Source of the DNA: a virus
Lineage: Duplodnaviria > Caudoviricetes
IMG/VR virus record: IMGVR_UViG_3300031993_000017
Reading direction: 5' to 3' (one strand)
DNA length: 64,000 nucleotides
Positions 7,543 to 18,232 of this stretch are shown piece after piece; position 1 is the first letter of the stretch; every line of letters begins with the position of its first letter. The notes under the pieces were generated by a model that worked only from the letters and a program-made list of their open reading frames with translations, was not told where the DNA came from and searched no databases. Both the position numbers and the translations under genes were made by a program.

Positions 7543-10386
7543 TCAAGTATTTCCTAAAATAGCCGCAAGTGCTATGTTGATACTACCTACGATATCATCA
7601 ACATAGTGTTTAGTTGCGACTTCATAATTCGCAGTAGGATCACTTGCTACTGTCAAAGTACCTGCCAATGTCATATCACCACTGTAATCAAGTGTCAATG
7701 CGTTAGACCTTGCGTTTGAAGCGGTTCCATTACCTACTGCAAAAGCGACATCTTGGAAATCATCATAGGCATAATCATTAAATTTACCGGTCACAAACTT
7801 TGGGTTTGCAACAGTTGTATCCGGATTATAATTCGGATCAGTAGAATCTGCATTTACACTTATGATGTTATTGTATCCACTTACATGAGAAGCACCCCAA
7901 CTTGAAATGTTTCCATATCCTTCAGCATGACTCGCTTCTCCGTGAACTTGGTTCCCTTCGCCCTCTACATGACCTGCTTTAGATGTTACCAACTGTTGAA
8001 TGGAAACAGTCGTAGGATCTACAGAATCCATTACAGATGCACCTTCTGCATGACCGTAAGAACCGTTTACTTGTGTTCTAAAACCTTCGGCATGACTGGC
8101 AATTCCACCGCCATTGACTACAGAAAGTTGACCTTCTGAATGTGATCCTGTTGCATATGCAGTACAATCATAACCTTCTGCATGAGATGCAGTTCCGTAG
8201 GATTCACTAGAATAACCTTCTGCGTGCGATGAAACCGTATATGCACCACAACTCCAACCTTCTGCGTGTGATGCAGCACCATATACAAAAGAATTTATAC
8301 CTTCAGCATGTCCACCTTTTCCACTTACAGTTGTACAAACACCTTCAGTATGTCCACCGAATCCAGTACAACTAGTTGCTACACCTTCTGCATGACCGGT
8401 ATAAGCAGTAGTTTTATTAGTTGCATGTCCTATCGTTACACTTGTTCCAGTAGGATCTGTTTCAGTAGCAGTTCCAGGACCACCTTCGCTGTGGGCATTT
8501 GTACTATTTGCAACAGACTGACCTTCGGCATGTGCGTACCAAGCACTATCATATCCTACAACACCTTGACCTTCTGCATGTGATCCTTGACCGTGTGCTT
8601 CTGATTGATAACCCTCAGCATGAGAAGAATTACCATATGCACGTGTTTCACAACCTTCTGCATGGGAATTATGACCTTCCTCTGCTACAGGTGCTCCAGA
8701 AGCGGTGTTCTTACCGGCAATTGTGTTATAACCTTCAGCATGTGCTCTTAAACCAGAAGCAAGAGTTTCTCTACCTTCTGCGTGAGAAGCGTCTTCAAAT
8801 GCTTTAGTCTGCTGACCTTCTGCATGGGAATAATCCTCCAAAGCGAGTGAATAATATCCTTCGGCATGTGCATAACTACCACCGAGAACAGTAGGATAAT
8901 CTGAATTAGTTCCACCGGCTTGTGTATAATAACCTTCAGCATGTGAAGCATTTAATTTAGTTAGTGTATGATAGCCTTCATTATGTCCATAAGGACCATT
9001 CACAGTATTCTCATATCCTTCTGCATGACCATATTCACCATAGTCAGATCTTCCGGATACACCGATAGTATTATATCCACCTTCTACATGTGCAGCAACT
9101 GAATGAACGGTATTATTAGTACCTTCACTATGAGAATAGTTTCCATTGGCTGTTGTTGTGGAACCTTCACTGTGGGCTGAATTTCCTACAGCATTCGTAT
9201 AATAACCTTCACTGTGTGAGTGATTTCCAGAAGCGACGGTTCCTTGACCTTCACTGTGTGAATCATCTCCGTAAGATTTCGTTGAACAACCTTCTGCATG
9301 TGCTGCAGTATGTGAAAAACTAGGATTAGACGGATCATAACCTGCAATATTATTCTCACCTTCTACATGTGCAGCCCACCCTTTTACAATATTGCCCACA
9401 CCTTCTGCATGAGCACACTCATAAAGAGCTTTGTTCCCGCGACCTTCTACATGAGACCAATCGGCTAATGCAATCTGTGGCTTATCTACAACTTCATATG
9501 GTTCTCCTGTCTCAGGATCGTATTCAGTACGCATAGACGGAGCACCTTCTGCATGAGAAAATTTTCCGATTGCAATATTGTTTTCATAATCATTGAAAAT
9601 CTCAGCGTGTTCATCAACCGTGTAAGTAGTTCCATCAATTACAACAGTTGTTCCTTCAGGAGCTGTTTTACCTGCATCATACTCTTCAGAAGTAAGTGCA
9701 TTTGCAATCTTAGTTTTCTCCGCAGATGTCACAAATTTATGATCGTGATTTGTATCATCAACTAAATCAGATGATAACATACTCTGGGATGTAATTGCAT
9801 CTTGCTTTCCACTCCAAGTAGATTTATCGGATGTCGTTACAAATTTATTATCAGAACTTGTATCATCCACCAAATCTGCGGAAAGCATACTTTGTGAAGT
9901 GATTTTCGATTGTAAATCACGAACATCGACTCCGGTAGCATCATCTGCAACATGAATTTTACCGTCCCAATCAACTGCAAATGCGTTTGATCTATGACTA
10001 CTATCAGAACCATTACCGATAATCATAGCATATTTATTTAATTGATCAGCGATATTATAAGTTCCACCTACATGCTGGTTTGCACCTGATGCGATAGTTC
10101 CAGAACCTTCAGCAAATGAATTCTCACCGCTTGCGACATCTGTTGAGTTCATCTTTAATGCGGAATCTACAGTACCTGTAAAGATACTAGGTCTGTTTGT
10201 AATACCATCATCTGCACTAGGATTTGCATTCCAATCAGGTTTCGGAACCTCACCGGAAAATTCTACATCACCGACAGAAATACTATGATCATTTTCATCA
10301 AAATAAACTGTATCATCATCACGACCTAGTACAGTTTCACCGTCAGTAATATAATGGAATTTCACATTATGATTATTTAAAGGCAT
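7543..10386 (-). CDS. Tail fibre / spike with many xHAEG repeats (YadA-head-like beta-roll)
   Basis: More than 30 approximately 14-aa repeats containing SHAEG/AHVEG; FAVGNG...RSNA caps; SD GGAGGG before MPLNNHN at 10386. Confidence 0.8.
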   Translation of the reverse strand: MPLNNHNVKFHYITDGETVLGRDDDTVYFDENDHSISVGDVEFSGEVPKPDWNANPSADDGITNRPSIFTGTVDSALKMNSTDVASGENSFAEGSGTIASGANQHVGGTYNIADQLNKYAMIIGNGSDSSHRSNAFAVDWDGKIHVADDATGVDVRDLQSKITSQSMLSADLVDDTSSDNKFVTTSDKSTWSGKQDAITSQSMLSSDLVDDTNHDHKFVTSAEKTKIANALTSEEYDAGKTAPEGTTVVIDGTTYTVDEHAEIFNDYENNIAIGKFSHAEGAPSMRTEYDPETGEPYEVVDKPQIALADWSHVEGRGNKALYECAHAEGVGNIVKGWAAHVEGENNIAGYDPSNPSFSHTAAHAEGCSTKSYGDDSHSEGQGTVASGNHSHSEGYYTNAVGNSAHSEGSTTTANGNYSHSEGTNNTVHSVAAHVEGGYNTIGVSGRSDYGEYGHAEGYENTVNGPYGHNEGYHTLTKLNASHAEGYYTQAGGTNSDYPTVLGGSYAHAEGYYSLALEDYSHAEGQQTKAFEDASHAEGRETLASGLRAHAEGYNTIAGKNTASGAPVAEEGHNSHAEGCETRAYGNSSHAEGYQSEAHGQGSHAEGQGVVGYDSAWYAHAEGQSVANSTNAHSEGGPGTATETDPTGTSVTIGHATNKTTAYTGHAEGVATSCTGFGGHTEGVCTTVSGKGGHAEGINSFVYGAASHAEGWSCGAYTVSSHAEGYSSESYGTASHAEGYDCTAYATGSHSEGQLSVVNGGGIASHAEGFRTQVNGSYGHAEGASVMDSVDPTTVSIQQLVTSKAGHVEGEGNQVHGEASHAEGYGNISSWGASHVSGYNNIISVNADSTDPNYNPDTTVANPKFVTGKFNDYAYDDFQDVAFAVGNGTASNARSNALTLDYSGDMTLAGTLTVASDPTANYEVATKHYVDDIVGSINIALAAILGNT

Positions 10387-10441
10387 GCTACTATCCCTCC
10401 TTCTTATATTGATTCTACCTTCATACAAGGTTATACAACAA

Positions 10442-10476
10442 AATGCCAACCGGCTATGTTAAGTCGATTGGCACTT
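10442..10476 (-). terminator. Hairpin between tail tube and tail fibre genes
   Basis: TGCCAACCGGCT/AGTCGATTGGCA imperfect inverted repeat with a T-run on the minus strand. Confidence 0.55.
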
Positions 10477-10543
10477 TGTTAATTTATACAAAGGACGAAA
10501 TAAGCTAGTTTTAGAAATCAATGATCATTGGCATCTGTCGATA

Positions 10544-11122
10544 TCATATTGCTCCGAAAAGTCTGCCGCTAGAATTTGTAACATCAGCATCTGCTTTCAG
10601 ATAAATAGCTCTTGAAATTACAAAAGTTACAGAAACCTTTACGATTTCACTTTGACCCTGAGACATTTCACCATTGTTAAGTCCCTTGATCCAAGTACCA
10701 GGACAACGAATAACATCCCTCGGATTTCCTTGACCGTCATACTTAATAAAGTAAACCTGCTTCATATATTGGCTCGGAAGACCCATCTTCTCAGTAACAG
10801 GATCATAGATCTGCCGTCTCCAAGCACGAAGAGATTCCAAAACATTTGGATAACAATAGCAGTTAAGATCCCAATCAACATCGTTGTAATCAATCTTGGT
10901 AGGAAACTTAATAACACCATTTCCGTAATGTACTACGATATTATCCTGTTGTTCAGAAATCTGTCCTACGGAATCTGTTGATAATGTAAGATATTCATAA
11001 GACTGACCAAGATCAGATCCGTCATTATCATAAATTCTAACTTCAAAATTGTTCTGCATCAAAGGAACATAATTATCAACACCGATCATGTGATTTGTTC
11101 CCATTTTTAAAGGTGTGAACAT
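10544..11122 (-). CDS. Tail tube protein (T4 gp19-like)
   Basis: NNFEV...VHYGNGVIKFPTKIDYND...LRAWRRQIYDPVT...YMKQV...GTWI...VSVTF pattern; 192 aa. Confidence 0.8.
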   Translation of the reverse strand: MFTPLKMGTNHMIGVDNYVPLMQNNFEVRIYDNDGSDLGQSYEYLTLSTDSVGQISEQQDNIVVHYGNGVIKFPTKIDYNDVDWDLNCYCYPNVLESLRAWRRQIYDPVTEKMGLPSQYMKQVYFIKYDGQGNPRDVIRCPGTWIKGLNNGEMSQGQSEIVKVSVTFVISRAIYLKADADVTNSSGRLFGAI

Positions 11123-11278
11123 AAATTTGATCTCCTTTCACGGAAAGTTTTTGTCTAGTATCATAAAAGGTTTATAGATGTTATGCGTAGTGTAACATAA
11201 ATCACGCAATCATCACTGTATTCTTCATGATCCTCTCCTTATATCACTGACATATAAGGTTTCCGTGAAAAGAGATCA

Positions 11279-11758
11279 TTATTCACTCTCTTCATCGTAA
11301 TGAGTCCATTCGTACCTTTTTCTGTTCTTTGCCCGGTGTACTAACTCTCGGTACTCTGTATCAAATTTCTTTTCTAACTTGGCAATCATATCATACAACT
11401 CTAGTACCGCTTCCACACGGTCTTTGTTATACTCAGCATTTTCTCCAACAGATTCCAAATACTGATCTAATTCTCTTTTTGATCTCTCAGCCCCGTAAAG
11501 ACACGGCAGGTTAAATCGAACAACCTCATCGCATAAACTTTCTATGCGATTCCATGAATTGATTTTAGCACCATTCCTTATAAGGCAGATTCCATTCGGG
11601 TAACAATGTTCACGATAGAGATATACACCACATAACACATCATCGAAAACATAGTTTCCTACATCATCATTGTAATCTTCCTGATGCCACTCTCTTAGGT
11701 CTGCGATCAATTCAAATTCATCTAAAATTTCATCTGTCAGTCGGATTCGGCTATTGTA
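11279..11758 (-). pseudogene. Coding fragment whose 5' end is cut by the IS right end
   Basis: Frame of ORF 11279-11710 stays open up to the TCAA right end at 11759; no SD/ATG of its own. Confidence 0.55.
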
Positions 11759-11808
11759 TTGACCTACCCATCGGCTGAAGCCAATGGGATTCGCAAGAAG
11801 TTTGATAT

Positions 11809-13074
11809 CTAAGATAGCCTTATTCTTGCAGGGCTGGTCAAAAGCCCATTACACAGTTTGTCGAAATCGACATTCTGCTTACATTTTCTTAGAATGTTTG
11901 CGGCACCATTTACATCTGCATTGAGGATTGTGCCATTTTTAGATTGGTATAGTCCTCTTTTTATGCGTTTGCCAGAAAATGTGCCCTCATAAGGCTGTTC
12001 TGATTTATATTCTGGAAGTGCATCTCTGTCTAAGAAGCTGCTTTTAGAAGTGTAACTTTCTTCTTGTTCGATGTAATCAATCTGATACTTCCAACAGAGG
12101 AATTCAAGCTGTTGACGAAGGTCACCTAAAGGTATCTGAACAAAGTTCTGATTGTTAATCTTGCCGAGATTAGAGCACCTTTTGAAATCCGCATTATATC
12201 CTACAATGAGTGTACCAATGTTGTTCTTGATACAATAGTTGATTATATATCTTGCTGACTTCTTGATAATGTCATTGACTTGATTGTTTCGCTTTGTTGT
12301 AATATTCTGGATACGCTTTGTTGTCTTCAACTTCTGTTTCATAGAAATAGAACGGAGTCTTGCTAATTCTTTATTCCACTGATGGTTGATTGATTTGAGT
12401 TTACGACCGTCCATAATGAACGGTGTCCCAACAGTTGAAACACAGGTAGCAAGATTATCCACCCCTAAATCTATTGACAGAATGTTGTTCTTGTCAACAT
12501 ACACATCTTCCTGTTCAACTTCATACACATACTGTATCTTAAAGTAACGACCATTGTTAAAAGGCAAGATGCGAACTTCTTTGATAGTCTTATCAGCTAA
12601 TCGTTCAGGAAACGCAATCTTGATTTCCTTGACATCGGGGTGTAAAGCTCTAAAGTTCCTACTCATCGGGACATACAGGTAGCCATTCTTAACTACAAAA
12701 GCATTTGTAGACATTATAAGATTAAACATTCCACCTTTAGGTCTATAATGCGGAACATTGACATCATGGTATCTGTAATCGCTAGTTTTGCATTTCTTCA
12801 AAAGATTAAAAAATGATTTAAAACTTCTATCTACAACTTTCATAATCTGCTGTGATATTCCAGCTTGTAAAAGTCCATAGTTTTCATTTGTCTTACATTC
12901 GTGATAGTTGCTCTCATAAGTCAGAAATTGCTTTGTATTGAAGTAGTGTTGACGGATAGTGTAGAGTGCAACATTGTACAGATTATTTGAATATCTGCAC
13001 ATTTCACGAAGTAGGTCATATTGACATTTAGTTAATCCTCTGATTACATTACTCTGTACACAGTATGTAGACAT
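11809..13074 (-). CDS. tnpB: TnpB RNA-guided endonuclease
   Basis: SIDLGVDN, EESYTSKSSFLD, NADVNGAANI; omega-RNA scaffold overlaps the 3' end. Confidence 0.95.
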   Translation of the reverse strand: MSTYCVQSNVIRGLTKCQYDLLREMCRYSNNLYNVALYTIRQHYFNTKQFLTYESNYHECKTNENYGLLQAGISQQIMKVVDRSFKSFFNLLKKCKTSDYRYHDVNVPHYRPKGGMFNLIMSTNAFVVKNGYLYVPMSRNFRALHPDVKEIKIAFPERLADKTIKEVRILPFNNGRYFKIQYVYEVEQEDVYVDKNNILSIDLGVDNLATCVSTVGTPFIMDGRKLKSINHQWNKELARLRSISMKQKLKTTKRIQNITTKRNNQVNDIIKKSARYIINYCIKNNIGTLIVGYNADFKRCSNLGKINNQNFVQIPLGDLRQQLEFLCWKYQIDYIEQEESYTSKSSFLDRDALPEYKSEQPYEGTFSGKRIKRGLYQSKNGTILNADVNGAANILRKCKQNVDFDKLCNGLLTSPARIRLS

Positions 13075-13203
13075 TTCTATCTCACCTCCTTCTGATTGTA
13101 TTTGTTATTAGTTACTATATCTTTATTATATAGCAAATCGTTATGATAGTCAACCATTTTTAATTCATTGACCTTATATGAAGATTAAAGGAGGTCTGAA
13201 TAT

Positions 13204-13620
13204 ATGATACATAACGATTACAAGCATGGAAATAGAAATAAGTCCTTACTAAGATATCATCTTATATTTGTATGTAAATATAGAAAACATTTGCTTACGC
13301 ACAACAATATCATTGGCGATGTCAAACGCTTATCAACAGAAATATCGGAAAAGCATGATGTTAAAATTAAATACATGGAAGTTGACAAGGATCATATTCA
13401 TTACATGATAGAAACAGCCCCAAATATTAACTTATCAGACTTCGTGAGAGTCTTAAAACAGTATACTTCGTATCATCTTTGGCAAAAATATACTGCATAT
13501 TTGTCAAAAGTATTCTGGCATGAAAGAACATTCTGGTCTGACGGATATTTTATTGCAACTATCGGAGAGGTTAGCGCCGAAACACTAAAACACTATATTG
13601 AGAATCAAGGTAAGAAATAG
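13204..13620 (+). CDS. tnpA: IS200-family Y1 (HUH) transposase
   Basis: YHLIFVCKYR, DHIH (HUH), FWSDGYF, HYIENQ catalytic Tyr. Confidence 0.96.
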   Translation: MIHNDYKHGNRNKSLLRYHLIFVCKYRKHLLTHNNIIGDVKRLSTEISEKHDVKIKYMEVDKDHIHYMIETAPNINLSDFVRVLKQYTSYHLWQKYTAYLSKVFWHERTFWSDGYFIATIGEVSAETLKHYIENQGKK

Positions 13621-13663
13621 CCTCCACTTAAAGTAAAGGCAGGCGTAGCATTCATCTAAGAAG

Positions 13664-14349
13664 CTAAAGCTTCTTGATTTTCTGCAAAAGATTGTAATAG
13701 GCGTCACGCTCTTCTTCATCTTTAAACTTCAAGAAATCATAAAATCCGGATCGTAATTCTCTCGGAAGAAACTTTTTCATTTGAAATAACTGATTTGATT
13801 TTTTCAATTCTTCAAATTGTTCCAATGCCTTATCAATTTCATTTTTCGCAACAGTCCGTGAATAACCGGCACTAATCATTGCATTGAATGCAGTGTTATA
13901 ATCGAACTTCACATCACGATAGAGTTTTTAATCAACTCAAAGTAAATCAGATTGTGCGAGATGTTTTCCAACAGGTATGTATGGACTCTACTTACCAACG
14001 AGTGCGGTTTACTCTGAGTGCATACAATTGCAGAAAACTTGTTAATGTCTGTATATGTACCTATATTCAGAACACCAAGTTCAACAAAATCATCCCACAG
14101 TTTTGATTCCGCCATAGTCGGATTTTTCAGATGATCTCGAAATCGTTGTTTTTGAGTTTTATCAGTGCAATCATCATTGTAACTATATGAGTAAATATAC
14201 TGAACTCCATTGTCTACGAATGATCCGTCAGACTGCCTATTCAGAAGGATAATATCACGATGAGTATTATCCTTCTTTGTGTTTATTCTCAAATCATTGT
14301 GTTCATCAATAAACACACCTGCATGAATATAGGACTTTTTGATCTTCAT
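13664..14349 (-). pseudogene. Frameshifted gene abutting the IS left end (MKIKKSYIHAG leader)
   Basis: ORFs 13909-14349 and 13664-13912 join via a frameshift near 13920 (FELIK..|YRDVKFDY, compare FQLVKSIPTDIYF in the 1-442 paralog). Confidence 0.5.
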
Positions 14350-14430
14350 AACTATCTCCTCTTTCTGACACCGGATGATGTTAGCCAATGTCTTAATGTG
14401 ATTTGATTGTACTACTTACAGTTCAGTTTG

Positions 14431-14850
14431 TTATTTTCGATCTGAGGTATCATCAGATTCTAAAACGTGCTCCGTTAAATACGAAATAGTTAGTTCAACC
14501 GGAATTTTACTATCCTTAAATTTCTGCAAATCCTCTAAGGTGTTCACATTTTTAAGTTTATTTCTCCAAATATCATAAGTCCTCTGACTGATGCAGTGAA
14601 CAAGCCGAAGGTCCATCAGTCTGTCTGCAATCTGCTTCTTTTCTTTAACAAGTTGACGTGATTTGAAATACTCAGAATCTAAGTTCTTCTCTAACCACGG
14701 ACATTCTTTCCTTAAACAATCATGAGATTTAATATGTTTGGACAGTAAGTATCCCGGATGTTTATACAGGTGGCAGTAACCAACTATTTCCCCATTTTCG
14801 ATCAGACCACCATGGATCGTTTTTGGTTTGTACTTTTCAGAAAATTCCAC
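14431..14850 (-). CDS. Hypothetical Cys/His-containing protein
   Basis: GYCHLYKHPGYL...HDCLRKECPWL. Confidence 0.7.
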   Translation of the reverse strand: MEFSEKYKPKTIHGGLIENGEIVGYCHLYKHPGYLLSKHIKSHDCLRKECPWLEKNLDSEYFKSRQLVKEKKQIADRLMDLRLVHCISQRTYDIWRNKLKNVNTLEDLQKFKDSKIPVELTISYLTEHVLESDDTSDRK

Positions 14851-14873
14851 ATAACCACCACCCTATAAATAAA

Positions 14874-15560
14874 TTACCGCTTCCCACGAAATGATGTCTT
14901 AGTATCGAATCCGTGCATAATGATTTTATCATCATTCGTAGCACCTTTTGGCTCAGTTGTTTCTGAAGCAGTTTTCTCCATTGAAAAGTATTCTTCAATG
15001 GCATAGAAAATTGTAAACGGATCGACAAGATTTGCAATACCGCAACCTTTGAGAAGTGGAATATTTGAAGTAGATGTAACAAATCCACCCTTATGATCCT
15101 TATATACTTTCATAGTATCAAGTCTAGAACTAACTTCATACTCATTATGATCTATAGCGTACTGCAGCTTATCAACTGATTTCATGATACGATCATGTAC
15201 CTGATCTTTCTCGCTATGCTTTGAAAACAAAGTCCGATAAGTGAAATTGAATTTGATAATCTCAAAGGAAATACACTTCCTTGGCTTATCATAATTCTTC
15301 CATGAAGTCAGCAATTCAATATCATAATCTTCTGGTCCACCATAAGTGTTAAGTTTTGTTGCGGTTAGAAGGAAAAGCCAAAATGTTGATCCGCATTGAA
15401 GAAGTAGAAATTTGGTTGTATCCTCACCTCTTAAAAATATGATCCGGTCACAGATCACCTTCTTTGTCAGCAGGAAAGAATTTCTGCGATCAAATACAAT
15501 AGTATCTGTTGGACTCTGTAAATAATCATAAAAATCGGTATTCTTATCAATGATCCGCAA
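14874..15560 (-). CDS. Hypothetical phage protein
   Basis: 228-aa ORF, TTG start with GGTGGTG SD. Confidence 0.75.
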   Translation of the reverse strand: MRIIDKNTDFYDYLQSPTDTIVFDRRNSFLLTKKVICDRIIFLRGEDTTKFLLLQCGSTFWLFLLTATKLNTYGGPEDYDIELLTSWKNYDKPRKCISFEIIKFNFTYRTLFSKHSEKDQVHDRIMKSVDKLQYAIDHNEYEVSSRLDTMKVYKDHKGGFVTSTSNIPLLKGCGIANLVDPFTIFYAIEEYFSMEKTASETTEPKGATNDDKIIMHGFDTKTSFRGKR

Positions 15561-15674
15561 ATAAACTCACCACCTTCTAGTTAATCCCAATACCAATCCT
15601 TTTGTTTTCTCAAATATCTTCGAAGATTCAAACTCGTTCTCCTATGAAACAGACTGTGAAAATAATTGTAGATT

Positions 15675-16298
15675 TCAATGATCTTCGCACTCATTCCAAT
15701 TTTTCCTCGCTTCCTCACTCATGAAGTACCACATTTTTCTTTCTGAATCCCACCTTGCTCCAAATTTCTTTGCCTGCTCCTTTGCATCATATGGAACCTT
15801 TGCGTAATATCTACCATTGATTGGATTTGAAATATCACAATCAATTCCGGTAAGTCCTTTTACTTTTTCATAAAGTTCTGATTCATCTAATGTCCATTTG
15901 AACTTTGACCGAATAGACCAGATTCGGAAGGCTTCTTTATAATCCTCGTCTGCTTGTTCTTTTGTAATATTATTTACTTCGACATAATGCTGGAGCGCCT
16001 GGTCACCAATACCTTCTACATTTGAGTGCCCAATATGAATGGAGTTATGACAATCTTCGCAAACACAGATGATAGACTTCAAGCTTTGCTTATGATTTGT
16101 ATCATCATATGACCATACTTCATGTGCATGTAATTCATTCATCTGCTTCTCAGAACCACAGATCGAACATTTACAAGGCTTACGAATATAATTCGAGATT
16201 TCTGACCAGTTTGGCAAAATTGACCGGAGATTACTATACCAACAGGTAGATGGTACTAATTGAAAATTTAATTTTCTTGTTTCATATACATACTTCAT
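15675..16298 (-). CDS. HNH-like nuclease with C-terminal DUF5710-like domain
   Basis: CSICG...LHAHEVW...CEDCHNSIH; VPYDAKEQAKKFGARWDSERKMWY. Confidence 0.75.
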   Translation of the reverse strand: MKYVYETRKLNFQLVPSTCWYSNLRSILPNWSEISNYIRKPCKCSICGSEKQMNELHAHEVWSYDDTNHKQSLKSIICVCEDCHNSIHIGHSNVEGIGDQALQHYVEVNNITKEQADEDYKEAFRIWSIRSKFKWTLDESELYEKVKGLTGIDCDISNPINGRYYAKVPYDAKEQAKKFGARWDSERKMWYFMSEEARKNWNECEDH

Positions 16299-16584
16299 TA
16301 TTGATCACCTTTAACCACTCACTATAAATAGTAGTTTCCCAAATGTTTCCACCAAACTCTAAACCAGCTAGTTTATAGATTCCGGTATTCTTTCCAAGAT
16401 CTGTAATCTCAAACTGTTTCATAGACGTATTCATGAACCTGATCCAACCACGAAATTCTAATTCATAGAGTATGTCAATTTGAATATTACAAGTTTCGGT
16501 AACATATGAAACATCTAACGGTTCACCCCAGTTTTTCAAATACAGAAAACAAATCCTAAAAAATTCATTATTGACATCATCCAT
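16282..16584 (-). CDS. Hypothetical protein (possible winged helix)
   Basis: LYELEFRGWI...FEITDLG. Confidence 0.55.
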   Translation of the reverse strand: MDDVNNEFFRICFLYLKNWGEPLDVSYVTETCNIQIDILYELEFRGWIRFMNTSMKQFEITDLGKNTGIYKLAGLEFGGNIWETTIYSEWLKVINNEVCI

Positions 16585-16587
16585 ACA

Positions 16588-17463
16588 TCATTCCCCCGAA
16601 TCAATCTTGTAGCAAACTGCAATGAATGTGTCACTGACAGCATTGTTATCATTATCTGGATCAAGCAGCGACTTCAGTTCACTAACACTTAACTTATTCA
16701 AGTCAATGGTACGAGTATGTACAAGCCTGCCTGTTTCTGGATCTTTTGTTACTTGAAGATCAAACACGTCATAACCAGACTGGAGTGATCCCCAAACGTA
16801 GCTTCGTTCAATCATGAAAGAAGTCTTGATTATCTTAGGTTCATTACTATTCTGGCAAGGTTCATCAGATTCAATATCTTCCGTAGGAGTTTCCTCTGTA
16901 TAATCATCTTCCTCAGAATCATCTTCGGTGATGTCAACACTATCTTCGGCAGAATTATCTTCTTCAGAATTATCTTTGGTAGAATTATCTTTGTTATCGC
17001 CAAAAATACATTCACCATACAACAATTTAGTTATTGCATCTTCGCCATATAACAATTTAACCCCGTCTTGAATGTATTTACCATATGATTTTGCTTTATC
17101 TTCTAAGTTCTTATATGTCCAATCTGTGTGTTCTATTTCACGATTTACTTTTTCATTGTAATCATCAAGTCCATCAGACTTCTCCCGATCACGAATAACC
17201 GTTTTCTCATTTTCACGAATTATAATGTATTTCTTTGCACCTCTAAATCGATCTACATATCCAGTGTAAACGGAAAACAGCCAAGAATAAATGTCCACTC
17301 CATTAAGTTCCATAAGTCTTTCATAAAACTTATCAAAATCAGTGATAACTGTTTCTTCTTCACCGTCTAAAGATTCTGCAGCCATGAAAATAGCGTTTCG
17401 AATCAATTCATCTAATTCATAGTGTAAATCGCTGAGTCGAATTTTATCACTTGTTACAAACAT
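16588..17463 (-). CDS. Hypothetical protein with acidic low-complexity linker
   Basis: 291-aa ORF, SD GGAGG. Confidence 0.7.
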   Translation of the reverse strand: MFVTSDKIRLSDLHYELDELIRNAIFMAAESLDGEEETVITDFDKFYERLMELNGVDIYSWLFSVYTGYVDRFRGAKKYIIIRENEKTVIRDREKSDGLDDYNEKVNREIEHTDWTYKNLEDKAKSYGKYIQDGVKLLYGEDAITKLLYGECIFGDNKDNSTKDNSEEDNSAEDSVDITEDDSEEDDYTEETPTEDIESDEPCQNSNEPKIIKTSFMIERSYVWGSLQSGYDVFDLQVTKDPETGRLVHTRTIDLNKLSVSELKSLLDPDNDNNAVSDTFIAVCYKIDSGE

Positions 17464-17477
17464 ATTTAAGGCCTCCT

Positions 17478-17684
17478 TTATTCGTCATCTTCAATCTTTT
17501 TGAAGAATACTTCTCTTTCTGATGTACTTGAAACTAAGTTATTTACCGTGTTGATGCTCTGATCATTTAGCATGATAACTTTACTGGTAAGATTCTCATG
17601 AAATCTAACACACCATACAACTGTACCTTCTTGTAAATTCTTCCAAATATCTGATCTCGGAATTTGTTCAACCTTCATAAGCAT
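17478..17684 (-). CDS. Small hypothetical protein
   Basis: 68-aa ORF in an operon-like run. Confidence 0.55.
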   Translation of the reverse strand: MLMKVEQIPRSDIWKNLQEGTVVWCVRFHENLTSKVIMLNDQSINTVNNLVSSTSEREVFFKKIEDDE

Positions 17685-17705
17685 TCCTATCTTAAAGTTA
17701 CTACC

Positions 17706-18215
17706 TTAAACCTTAACAGGAGCATCAAATGATTTACTAATAGTTAACTCAGAAAAGTCAATAGTTTCATATAATTCTCTAAGCTTCTCATGCGAACTTG
17801 CAGGGGATATGATTCCTACAGTAGATAACTGCCCAGATAACCATTCAAAATATCCGGTAAATATAGGTTCAAATTGTCTAATTACAGCATCTGTATCATA
17901 AATATTGCTATAAGACTCAACTTCACAACAAGTTTCTATTAAAACTTTCATATAATCTTTATCTGTGATAACATCTCTGCGCTTATCAGAAGTCCACAAA
18001 ATAATCTGTCGCTTTGTTGGAAACTTATTAGTACCCTTCAACTTTGGTGATCTTGAAAAGAACGAGTATACTTCCTGCTCCCAATGTGAAACATATGGAC
18101 TTGTAGGAAACAGTAACACGTAAAGCATATGTTCAACGCATAGATCAATGCATGAAGACAGCTGCATCTCTAAATCTTTTTTATTTTCTGCAAAACATCT
18201 TATGTATCTCTTCAT
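17706..18215 (-). CDS. DUF29-like protein with MKRYIRCF leader
   Basis: EHMLYVLLFP...SHWEQEV; SD GAGGTG before ATG 18215. Confidence 0.6.
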   Translation of the reverse strand: MKRYIRCFAENKKDLEMQLSSCIDLCVEHMLYVLLFPTSPYVSHWEQEVYSFFSRSPKLKGTNKFPTKRQIILWTSDKRRDVITDKDYMKVLIETCCEVESYSNIYDTDAVIRQFEPIFTGYFEWLSGQLSTVGIISPASSHEKLRELYETIDFSELTISKSFDAPVKV

Positions 18216-18232
18216 ACCATTCACCTCACAAT

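Larger units (their letters stand above)
11759..13696 (-). mobile_element. Complete IS605-type element (divergent tnpA and tnpB)
   Basis: Right end GAAT-hairpin(CCCATTGGC TTCA GCCGATGGG)-TCAA at 11759; left-end hairpin AAGAAGCTTTAGCTTCTT at 13658-13675; left boundary approximate. Confidence 0.85.

Noticed and set aside
7900-9560. Recurrent ACCTTC(T/A)GCATG DNA repeats as a CRISPR array or DGR template
   Set aside because: They are the codons of the HAEG protein repeats, with synonymous variation; no reverse transcriptase in the window
10255-10275. GATGTAGAAT match to the omega-RNA guide inside the tail fibre gene
   Set aside because: Only about 10 nt match and no TTAT-like TAM upstream; likely chance
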